NCBI GenBank assembly: GCA_964199315.1
Contig: OZ116710.1
Coordinates: forward strand, 18,662,001 to 18,726,000
Direction of reading: 5' to 3'
DNA: 64,000 nucleotides
From: Orbicella franksi
Lineage: Eukaryota
The position numbers were made by a program, and so were the translations under genes. The notes below the pieces were generated by a model. It did not search any database, was not told the DNA's origin, and worked only from the letters and a program-made list of their open reading frames with translations. This document shows, one piece after another, positions 33,360-45,300 of the stretch; within the stretch, counting starts at the first letter, position 1; every line of letters starts with the position of its first letter.

Positions 33360-36300
33360 ATGGCGAGTTCTAGCGACGATGAAGAGGCGAACAGCTCGGA
33401 GCGATTTGATAATCTCTGTCGTGATCTTAATATGGACGAAGAGACTAGTCAAGAAGCATGGTCTTCGTATCAAAAAATAAGCACGAATTACACTTTAGAG
33501 GTACCTTTTGTTTGTGTGCGTCTGTGTTCGTTACATGTTTGCTTCGAATCTTACGTGTAAATATTCCTTTGACCAATGCTCCTATCTGGGCCTGTAAGCG
33601 AGTTGGTTTTGCGATCGGCTGAAAATTACCAAGCACTTTTTCTTTCAGGGAGACAGTCTACATTGGCTGGCATGTGCTTTATACGTCGCCTGCCGCAAGA
33701 GCGTTGTTCCAACGGTCGACAGTTCAGGAACAGTCGAAGGAAATTGTGTCTCATTGACGCGGTTGTTGAGAGCGGCGAAATTGAGGTAAGCTTTCTTCGT
33801 TCTTTTTGTCATCTTGTACCATTTCAGTTTCTTTGCTCACTGCCTTACCCGTAATATTTTCGATTTTCCTTTGTCTGCAGCCTCATTCAGTTTTTCAGTA
33901 AAATGAAGAAATGGTTGGACATGTCGAATGCCGCGGGAGACTTTAGGAAGAAAATCGAGCTATTGGAAAGGAACTTTCATGTGTCTACCGTTATTTTCAA
34001 GAAGTACGAGCCAATTTTTCTGGAAATCTTTAAAGATCCTCGGGAGGAAAACACAAAGACTCAAAGAGGTCGTAAATCCAGGTAAAAACTAAATTTCCTT
34101 GTGTGGTTCTCACGACGATGTATAAACAATAACGTGACGATTTGGCTTTTCAGAATGTAAGCCCACTCGGGTTCGCACTGTAGCACTGAAATTTTTCAAG
34201 CGTTGTTCGTTTCGTAGTTTTTATTACTGTGTTATTTTTCTGTGATTTAATCAGCTTTGTTGAGATCTCAGCTGTAAACATGTGATATTCAAATGAGTAA
34301 TAACTCGTGGCTTATTCACCGATCTCAATTCTTTTATGCCCCACAGAAAACAACCTTGTTCCGTTGGTGATGTGTTCGCTTTCTGTTGGACTTTATACAT
34401 TCAGGCGAAAGGTCAGTGTTTTTTGCAGAGCCAGAATGCACTTCCTACTTGATTTTAAAGAAAATTTAAAGCTAAAGTAACTACGTATTCCCTTGCTGCA
34501 ACTAAACTTTCGGAGATGATGCACAAAGGTTCGAATCTCACGCTTTATTCCTGTTGGCGCGAAATTCGCCTTGCATCATATGGGACAGTTTCGCTCCAAG
34601 TTCCTTTCTGTAATGATTCATCAATCTTGCGAAACAACCTCCCTGAGTCTCGTTGTGCAAAGACTATAACGTAAACAAACTTGAAAGAAAAACATCCAAG
34701 GTCGTGAAATGTTATATTTTAGCACCTATAAGCGTAAAGCCGGCGTGTACCAGCGAAGGTGAAAAAGTATTTTTACAACGCTATTATATATTCTTAGAAA
34801 CAAAAGATTTGCTGTTTGGTGCTTTCACTTTTGAAGGACATAAAACAGCGTAATTTAGGTTGCATCCTTCCATGTTTTTTTCTTGTAGCTTTTTGGGGGT
34901 GTTGTCAGAATCTTGTGAAATTTGAACTTGGTGTGAAATCAATATAAGGTTTACAACCCACTGCGGTCATGTGCCGCACATTTTGTGTTCTATTTTTGCG
35001 GTTGAATTGTTGACAAGCACTGGTGGAGTAAAGCTTGTTAACCTGGAGATGGTTTACTTGAGGGGTGAAATTTGCAGGATTTTTGATTAGCTATGTTTTT
35101 TTTTCCATGGGTAAACACTGCTTTGACACAAATCTTGCAATATTTTGATTGTTGGGGGTGACATTAGTATTAGCATATCCCTCAACGACTGAAATGATGG
35201 GCAAATATATAGAGCGTGACAACTATTCAAAGGCTTTTGTGGTTTCCAGAAAGAATTTCTGCTTTAGGCATTTTACGAACTTAATTACTCACAAGCAACA
35301 AAAGTTGGAGCATATAATTTTAGTGCGGCAGAGAGTGTAAAACGTTTTGGCCCTCGATTGTATCATTGGTTCTCTGGTTCACTGCACAAGATTATTCAAT
35401 TTCTAGGCAAGCTTGGGGATTGGATTATTCCACATCACCCCACATGACTCGCGAGCTGATCTTGTACCAGAAAAACTGTTCCTTCTTTTGTTTGTGCTTA
35501 CTCATGCTTGAGCAATAGATCTGCCATCAATGACTCATAGATGTGTTTGAAAGACAGGCACTGACAGATACAAAAACATGTTCAGGCACGTTTACAGGGG
35601 TCAGCTGCTCCATTCCTTAGAAACCTGTTGTCTTTATTTGGAAAGCATGTAAGGAAGTTAAAATATGAGGATATATTCTGAAGCAGAATGAACTAAATTT
35701 AAATACCTGCAGTACATACAATTTTAATATGGCTGAATGCATGATAAAATCTAACTGTCTGTCAGCAACATATTGCTAGGCACATTACGTTTGATCATTT
35801 TGACATAATTCTGTTGCTACAAGCTTGACCCTCTTGCTACATTAAGCAGGGATTTGTTAAATGTCATCTTCTAATTCAGCTGTAAAAGTTTGTAGAAATG
35901 TTCTGTTTTCCATGCATGAAAATATACTGAGTGTTTTTTTGTAACTTCTGAAGCAATTGGTGTCCATTTACTTCATAAAAGATTTCACTAAACTGTGCAC
36001 CCCCATGGGGTTAATTTGTTTTTAAGCAGCATTTAAGTCACAGATTGTTTGCAATGCTGCTCTACGTCTTTGTAAACATTTATGACCATGCTATGAAACT
36101 AACTCAAGCCTTCAATTTGTATGGCAACATAGATGGGTTCCTTTAAAACCGTACAAGTTCATGTTAACTGTGTTTCTGCCTTATCCAAACACAAAAGCTC
36201 AGCTGGTAACTTCCTGTGTTTCTTCAACAAATACTTAATTTTTTAAAATTTATTTCTTTTTCAACTGTCATCACAGAACAGGAAATTTGGGTGCTCATCT

Positions 36301-39300
36301 TGGTTTTTGAAGTGTCTATTGTGCACAAAATTGAATCTACTTCCTTCAGGAAAATCAGATATTTAGCCATCAGATGATATGTAGTTTACATTAGATAATT
36401 TCACCCAGGCAGTCTTGCTATTTTCTGCTATCGTGCTCACATTTTTTGTCAAAGAACAAGTGTCTGTTATTTGCCTGTCCTTTTGATTGTGGATTTCTAG
36501 CTGCCGTGGTGCAAAGAAAATCATTTTTCTTTGCTTGCCCTTTCCAGCAAGCTGTAATAGTGATGTACTAACCCAAAAAACACTCTCACTAGCCCTCCAA
36601 ATTTCTCTCTAGCATAATTGATTAATTTAAAATTAGAATAAAACAATAATGTTGTCTCACTACTTCTGTGATTTTAATTTCTCCCCAAACTGAGACCCCC
36701 CGCCCAAAAAAAAAAAAATCTTATTGCCCATCAGGCAAGTAAAGAACAGAATTCACTAGCCCTGGATTGCTGGACACAACTTTCTTTGCATGCTGTAATT
36801 GTGTCAAGTATCGGAAGTGATAAACCACAATCACCTCTCCCCCCTTATAAAGTATCCTCTCTTTAAAGGGAGTGGTCCCTCTGAATCGTGAAGTAAAAAC
36901 ATTGCATTGCAGGACCCATAGTCCTCTTTTTGGGAATTACCAGTGGCAAATGTGAACGATCAAACACTCGCTGTGGAATTATTCTTGAAGTAATAACAAC
37001 ATGTCTTGCACTTTATCAACAGGCCATTTCCCTGCTATCAGTGATGACTTGGTGAACTCCTATCACTTACTGTTGTGTTGCTTGGATCTTTTGTACTCAA
37101 ACGCCTTGTTCACTAGGAATCGGCGAGAATTATTGAATCCTAACTTTGAAGGTAATTTTTTTCAAATTCAAAGCTCATTTGTTTCTCAAAACATTAGAAA
37201 TCACAACTACTCGAAGTTCACATCCATGCTTTTGCCCTTCATGTAGGACTCCCTCAAGATTTTGGAAACAGAGATTTCAGGGTACCAGCTGATGTGCCAT
37301 GTATTGTTGAACGGCTGTGCAACAGGCATCAAGGTACAGTCACATGCAATCACATCACTGGATTCATTTTTGAACTTGCTCACCTTTGCTGTCTCTTTAT
37401 TTTTGTTTTCTGTCTTAGGGTTAGAAAGAAAATTGAATTTCAGCTTGCCCTTGGGACAAGTAGCTCTCAAATTTTGCTAGCCCTGGTCAAGCTTAGTTTG
37501 CTCTTTTAATCATTTCATTGGCAGCCTCGCGCACGATATTGGTGTACAAATCAAAATTAGCAAAAATCGGACGAAAATTTGTTTTAGAAATGTTGTAATT
37601 CGCAGGTTATTAATTTTTTTCTCTTCAAATGAGCACCATCTTGTAGCGATTTTCATGTAGTTTCCTTCCATCTTAGCTACATCTCAAAAGCGCTTGCACA
37701 GACACTCTTCATTCTAATCTTCACAAGTAGTGTAACACATCGGGCCATATTTTACGCTACTCTTATCGCGCCCATTGTAGGTGCGATTTGCCATTTTTGC
37801 CTCTTTGGCAAATTTTGCTTTTTGCCAAAATCGCGCACGTTACTCCTTTTGGTGGTTTTTGCTTTTGCCTTTCGCTCCAGCAAAAAATTTGCACCCTTTT
37901 GGCTTTTGCATATTTTGCCTTTATTCCGAGTCCAGCAAACTGAGATACAGGTTTCGCAAAGCAAAGCGTTGCAAATTATTGTCAAAGGAGCTCTTTTGAA
38001 TCACAGAAATGGAGAAAAGCGTTTTTCAGAATGCAAACTATAAGAGAACACCACATGCTAGTAAGTTAGGCTATCAGAGTGCTTACCAAGGATTTGGAAA
38101 CGATATAACTTTAAACACACATTTGTCCAATTTTTGTCCAGCCCGGCGATCTTGAGAAAATGACAGAACGAATTATCTTATGTCTTTTTTGATTTCTTTT
38201 TACATGCACTAAGCAAGCATCTTCCCTGCATCTTCTTGTCCGTTTCGTGTTCATCGTGGCCATTTTGTTATTTACAACAAGCCCAAGTTATGTCCAAATA
38301 AGGAAATGGATGGACAAGTCGAGTTAGGCTGGGATTGAAAGGTTTCCGCATGAAGAGAAAACAAAACAAAACATCGACGTCTTGGTTGACCTTTATTACG
38401 GTGTTGTTTGCCAACTTTGCGGAAGGATCGGCAAGGATAGTGTTCAATCTCAACTGAGCATTCGCCTGTGAAAATAGCATCACTAAAAGTATCACAAAAT
38501 GCTCGCTTCAGCTTTTTGTCAGTACTTTGCACAGCTCGCGTACTCCAGCCTTTATTACGGTGTTTTGTTTGCCAGCGCTCAAGCGGCAAAAGCACCCAGA
38601 AGGCAAAATTAACAAAACAACAAAATGGCAAAAATAGCGCGGGCCTGAAAGGCAAAAAATGCACGATGCTGGAGGTGCGATTGGCAAAATGCAAAATTCC
38701 CGCAAAAGGCAAAAAAGGAAAAAAAAGTGCTCGAAACGTGTGAACAAAGGCGCGATGAAATGACAAAGTTTTTAAATTAAAAACGTGGTCTCGCGCTAGT
38801 TTTGTAATCATATTTTTTTGACAGATACAACCACAAATGAAAGAATCCCACCATTTTAAAGCAAAATTTAGGTGCACTTTGGAGACACCTTCTTGAATTG
38901 AATTGTTCACACTAAGAAGTTAAAAATTATAATAATGCACTTTACGGTTTGGTCAAAAAATGGGGGAAAAATGGCACTTTTTGCCTAACCTGTTTTCGGA
39001 ATTTCGTTTTTGTTCTTCTAATAAATCTCTTTCAGACAGATAATTTTGCTTTTTGGGGTGCACACAGATGGAAGTTTAATTCTGTGAAGTTTTACGACCA
39101 CTGGTTTTAAGAATGACGAGAAATAGTAAGAAATCTAGCGTGAGACCGTTTTTGTTACGCAATTGTACACCAACATCGTGCACGAGGTCTGGCAGACGAC
39201 TTGCCTGATCCCTTGTCCACTGGGGGCAAATGAGAATGAAAAGTTACTTGCTCAGAAGGAAAATCTACTTGTCCCGGACAACCAGATGGCACTTTTTTTT

Positions 39301-42300
39301 AGCTCTGTTGTCTGCAGGACAATTTAGTGTATTGCCAGTAATCACCTGCAAGTTCCTAAGAGTGATCAAAACTGAATTTCTCCTCATATTATGATTATAA
39401 TGCCAAGTATAGTGGACAAAAGAACAGTGAAAATTCCAAACAATGGGATACATAAACAATTATTAAAGTGTTGTCTTAATGCACCACTTAATTCTCAGAA
39501 ATGAAAGTTTAATAACATTGTACCACAAGCAGTATGGAGAATTAAATTCTTCAAGCTTGAGTCTGTAATGTATTATAAATTCTCCCAACGAAAACATGTA
39601 AAAGAGGTGGGGAGATTTGCAATGCTGACTGTGGAAGTAGCAGTGTTGAGCAAACAGCACAAAGTGGTCGCTCTTGATATGTCATTCCAGGAAAAAACCA
39701 TACCCACCCCAAAAGGAGGTCCATGGAAATTCCAGGGACCGGGGAAGGGTACCGTATTTTCCCGTGTATAAGTTGACCTTTCAAGACCTAAAAATCAGTC
39801 CAAAAATTCGCCCTCGACTTATACATGGGTCAAAACTTGAGATCCAAGAGCCAGTCAAATAATTAGCATAATAATTGTCTTTCAATGTTAACAAACATGT
39901 GATAAACGGCAGCACAGTTTACGACGTACGTTCGCTTAGTGATCTGTCTCTCTATATCAGAGCTTCAGGTTAAAATGCATCAACATTTATCCGTTAAATT
40001 TTAACCCGAATCTTGTAGACACTCACTGGCTTAATTTTGTCATAAAGAACCAATATTTTTCCTGTGAATAAAGCTGTAGTAAAGCCGCTCGGAGAAAACA
40101 TCTTTCGCGCTTCAAACTTCTCTGCTTGGTAACCTGGCAGGATACGAGTGTGAGTACTTCTGTACCAGTACTTGACCGATTTCAAGACTTGACTACCAAG
40201 TTCCCAACACACGCTTTGCACTTTGTTTATGGCGTCATTCTGAAAGTCATGAGCTTCTTTTGTGTTTTGCCTGTCTTATAAAGTCACTTTTAATCTCTTT
40301 GCACTTAAAAAGGTTTGTTTGAAATCCTTGTTTGATTTTGTGAGCATTTTACAAAAATTATCGTCGAAAAGCCCACATGCACACATGTTGCTAAACTGGG
40401 TAAAACGCTCGTATACATGCCATAATAAGCTTTAAAACTGTGCGTTGAAACTTGCTGTGATTTGTTTACATATCTGTGGTAGCTGAAAGATAATTTTAAG
40501 AAATATAAGATAAGTTTTCCAAGAAATTCTTACCTGGAAATTAAGAAAATCTAGTTTTTGGCCTCAAAAATTGGGGGTTGACTTATACACGGGATCAACT
40601 AGTACACGGGTAAATACGGTAGGTATTTAAAAGCCAACCTTTTTCAAAGATAGGGATCTGTGGGGAGGGAGTAACCAGCAAAATAAACTTCTATTGGAGG
40701 GGTAGAGATATTTTGTGTAACAATGCATTGATTCTAGCAAGCATATGGATGATCATATATTTGAACTGCAGAGGAATATATGAAGTATGTTATATAACTG
40801 CGATGATCAATCATGTGTTAAGTGTATTGATTTGTCTTTCCAACAGGAATAGTGTTGGAGGCTAAAGGTATCAAAGAACATCACTGGAAGCCATTCCTAA
40901 AGCAACTATTTGAAAAAAAGGTATAAGGCTTAAAGTGATTACATCATCCTGTGTACTAAAAGTTGGCTGTCATGATAGGCAGTGGTATCTCACACGTGAC
41001 CCACCCCTATTTCCATGAAAGAGAGGCCATGACAAGGAGAATAATAGCTATTCTAGTTTAATATGTGCCTCTTGTATCTTAGTCTCCTCCGCAGCCGTTT
41101 TTTGGGATGTCACGCAATGCTCCCCCCAAAGAAACGGCTGCTCACATCCCAACAACATTCCTTTCACAAAATTAGCCAGTCAAAATACCAGCGACGCTTG
41201 AATGAGCTTCCTATGTAGCTGAAGACTCTTCAAAGGTCAAGCTAATTATTAGAAGCTTTCAACTCAAAAAATTATTGTCGAGAAGGAAGATATCTATTTT
41301 AACTTAATAAAGGAACCAGGAAATCAAGTAGCTTCGCTCGCTTTGTTGACAGCGAGTTCTGAATGCCGCTCTTTCCTCCTGATTACAATCTGTAAGAAGC
41401 ATTTAGCCCTTGGTTGACACTTACAATTTGACATTTCAAGAAAATATATATTCTCTCATTAGCTGAACATAGCAATGAGCACACGAAGCACTTGTACTTA
41501 GAGCTTTCATTTATGTTTTTTTTCATCCATCATGATCGTAGCCTGCGAACACCACCTATTTTTGGCGACGTGCGGCATGAAACAAAAGCCAGAAATCCCT
41601 CGCGTGTTCGCACCGCAGACCTTTTCGCATGAAAGCTTACGTCAGTCACACTTTGCTATTATGTGATTAGTCTGTTCAACAGAGCGCAAACAAACCACAA
41701 ACACAAAAGGAAAAGAATGTGGTTCGGCTGTGAGCAGCCGTTTCTTTGGGGGGAGCACTATGTGACATCCCAAAAAACAGCTGCGGAGGAGACTACTTGT
41801 ATCTGGGTTAAATTATATATATGTTTTTTTCAAAAAGTAGTATTTTTGCCAGAAACCTATCTCCAAGAAGAATGCTAATAAAGATGAGGATATATCATGA
41901 TAACAAAGCATCAATGTGACACTTAACTCACCTGTGCTCAGCACTGTTATCCTCTTTTGATAGTAAGATAATAGGACTGTCCTATCTTTCCAGAACCAGC
42001 AGTTCTCTTAGTCTGTAACCCCCCACCCAACCCTCACCGTCAACACCAAACTGGGAAGTAATGGTTTAAAACCTCAGTCTTTGAATTCTTGGACATGAAC
42101 AGAGCTTTAGTTGGCAAGTTGCAGTAAAATTCATGTTCTTTTAACAGACACTGAAAGGGAATGAGGAAAACCTGACGGGTATTCTGGATCAGGGAAATTT
42201 TGAACAAAACTGGTAAGGCTAAGAGTATCTTTATTCCATCCAGTCCAAGCTTTTGTCCCCCTCTTCCCCAATTTACATCCTAATGTTAAGATTTATATCA

Positions 42301-45300
42301 GTTTTATACTGTACAAACTTCTTAATATCCCTTAGAGTGCATTTAAGAGACAGGGTTGACACAAACTTAGACAATCTGGAAGTGTGGAAAATAACTAATT
42401 TTGTCTTTTGAAAAAATCTACCATTCTCTTCAAACAAAAACAAGTTCTCAGCTGTTCATGGCATCTTTGTCAGCTAATCAAGTTACCTGTAAACATGAAA
42501 CACGAATAAAATGCATAGTGGAGTATTTTTTGAGAACTTTCAAGGTCTTTGGAAATGTAGTCAGACACTGTCTTGAGTATTTGATATATCTTTTTAATCA
42601 AAACAAAGGAAAAAAGAGAAAATCATAACAATCTATGCTAAATAAGAGCAGATACCCAAACACTGTCCTTTGTTTAAACTTGATGAATTAGTAATTTGCA
42701 TTTGAGAAGTGGTCAGAAGCTAGTTATCAGTGTTATCTAGTAAGATCATTGCAGCGAGCAAATTACAGTGTGAAGCTCTGTTTCTCTCTTAAAGTCTTTC
42801 ATGTACAATTTAGACGTTATATTTTAAGTACTGATAGTGGGACGTTTTTTTGTGTACCTTTTTGTTGATTTTCTTGGTTTTATCTACCAGTAAATCTGTC
42901 AATAAAGAATATGAGGAGTATGTGCTATCAGTTGGAGATTTTGATGAGAGGATCTTCCTGGATGATGAGGCCCATGTGGAAATAGGCACACCAGCAAAGT
43001 CTTACACTTTTGCAGAAGTCGACGAGCAGCAAAGGTAAGAACAAATGTCTGAGGGGAAGGAACAGCTATAATTTGACTTTCAAACGATTTCTTGTGTAGT
43101 CAAACCAGTATTATTCATGTAAGAAGGATTTTGTTATCAGCAAATAAGGGTGTATTTGATTTAATGACTAATATTGGTTTTCTCTTTCTTTAGGATGGGG
43201 CTTAGGAGGAATTTACAGGAACATTTTACAAGAGTAAGTTCTAATGTTTTTCTTTCTGTTTTTGCTGATGGAGTTAGTTATAGCTTTAAGCTTTTAGACC
43301 CCTCTTAATTGTTATACACAGAGTGATCCAAATTCCCTAACAGGAGGGGGACTATTGCATGGATTTGGGATGTAGGATGCTATATGATTCTCAAAACTAT
43401 GACCACTGTAGACCAAAATAAATGAATACCTGAATATGTGTACTGATGTCAGTATGCCTAAAGCTAAAAATGACAAAATTATTGACCCACCTCACACTGA
43501 AACAGATGCAAAACCATACACTTACGGTAGCAGATAGCATGCAAGATAATTTTTTTTTCCTGGAGTTTAGACTCATTCTTTTTTCCTTTTGTTGTTACAG
43601 ACTAGAAGTCTTGCGCCCTCAACTCCCCTGACTGGAAGAAGATATTTGAAGGAGAAAGATCCTAAGTAAGATGCTTCACAGAATGAGTTGCTATAATTGT
43701 GATTTTCAAGAAATTCAATGTTGAAAAAATATTATATACTTTTAGACTCTCTCAAGAATGTTAACTTTCATCAGTTTCAATCTAAGTTAAGTACCACTTG
43801 AATCATGTGCTGAACAGTTAGCCAAGCAGCTGCTAGGTAATAATATTAATTAAAATTAAATCTTAGTTCTTGGTCCAATCACTGTTTATTTCTATGTTGT
43901 AGGGTAACTCCTGTATCCACAGCAACACAGTCAGTCAGTAGACTGCAGGCTCTCCTGTCAGGGTTGAAGGCAGGGCCAAGTGATAGGCTTCTGAAAATAT
44001 TCTCGTAAGTAGAAAGTTCTCAATTGCAAATTATTATTAAGATTTTGTTTGTAGACCACGCTTGCCCTGAAACGTCATATTAAAAATCAGAAGTCATCCA
44101 TTTCCATGTTTAGTTCATATAGTGTGATTGTCCGGGTGAGGGTAGTTCTGAAAAGAACTGTTGTTGGTGACTGACGTTTCGACAACCTGAGCGGAAGTCA
44201 TCTTCAGAGTCAAGGCTTGACCCTGAAGATGACTTCCGCTCAGGTTGTCAAAACGTCAGTCACCAACAACTGTTCTTTTCAGAACTACCCTCACCCGAAC
44301 AATCACACTATATGAACTGCTGATACTCCTGGGTTCAAACATGTACCATGTTACATATCCATGTTTGTTTTCACTTTTATAGCCACTCCGGGCTTGTGTA
44401 AAACTTAAAAAGAACTCTGCTTTGAGAATTACCCCATAGTACATTGTTAAACACACCCATTACAAGTTAGTTCAGAAGGCCAATAACTAAAATCAGCCAA
44501 TCAGATTGCTCCATTGTCGGTCCAATATTCTCCAAGTATTGGACCGGGCACTGTCCCGAACGAGCCTGCAAGATTACTCTTAAAGGTGTTCTGTAGTTTC
44601 AGTCATGTAATGAATCTCTTATTAACCAGCCTTGCTAGGCATTAAAAATTATTTCCAGTGCTGACTCTGTATTTTATGTTGCAGTGAGTGCAGTAGAAAT
44701 CCTCAGGAAGCCATTGAGAGTCGAGTTGGAACACTTGGCGAGACCTTCCTCCGGGAATATGTTCAGGTAAATAATGATTCATTAAAGCAAATATTGGAAT
44801 GATGTCTGATTGCTACTTCATGGTTTTGAACTTAATTGTATGGCCTGGCCTCCTCTTCATCAGATCAGAAACTTAATATGTTCTAATTTCCTTTCAGCCA
44901 TCGCCTGACAGGCCAAAATCTCCCTGCTCCACAAGAGAGTTTGCCACAAAGAGGCTGAAACTTGCTGAGATTCTGTACTTCAAGGTATGGTTAACTCTTG
45001 CAATTAGTGTTTGTTGACTCTGAAAAATGAATTATTGGATAATACATGTAACGGACAGTAACTGTGGAAGTTGAAAGTTGATTGCTATTGAAACATGGCA
45101 ATTCTTTTTCTATGTTGTGTCTTTGAAACAAACCTCTGCAAATAGCTCGCTTTCATTTAAAACAGGAGCTTATACAATGCTAACATTTCTGGTTTTATTG
45201 ACAGGTTCTTGAAAGCATTACTTTACAAGAGCAGAACAGGCTGCAAGGACACCTAGATTTAACTGTAAGTTCACTTTTTTCGGGGAAGTAAAAGGGTTAG

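Noticed and set aside
38272-38910. 212-aa and overlapping ORFs
   Set aside because: They are by-products of the ttttgcc/ggcaaaa low-complexity arrays in a TE; no domain signature.
39994-40400. Possible transposase remnant in the TA-flanked element
   Set aside because: No recognisable DDE/HTH motif in any frame I could read.
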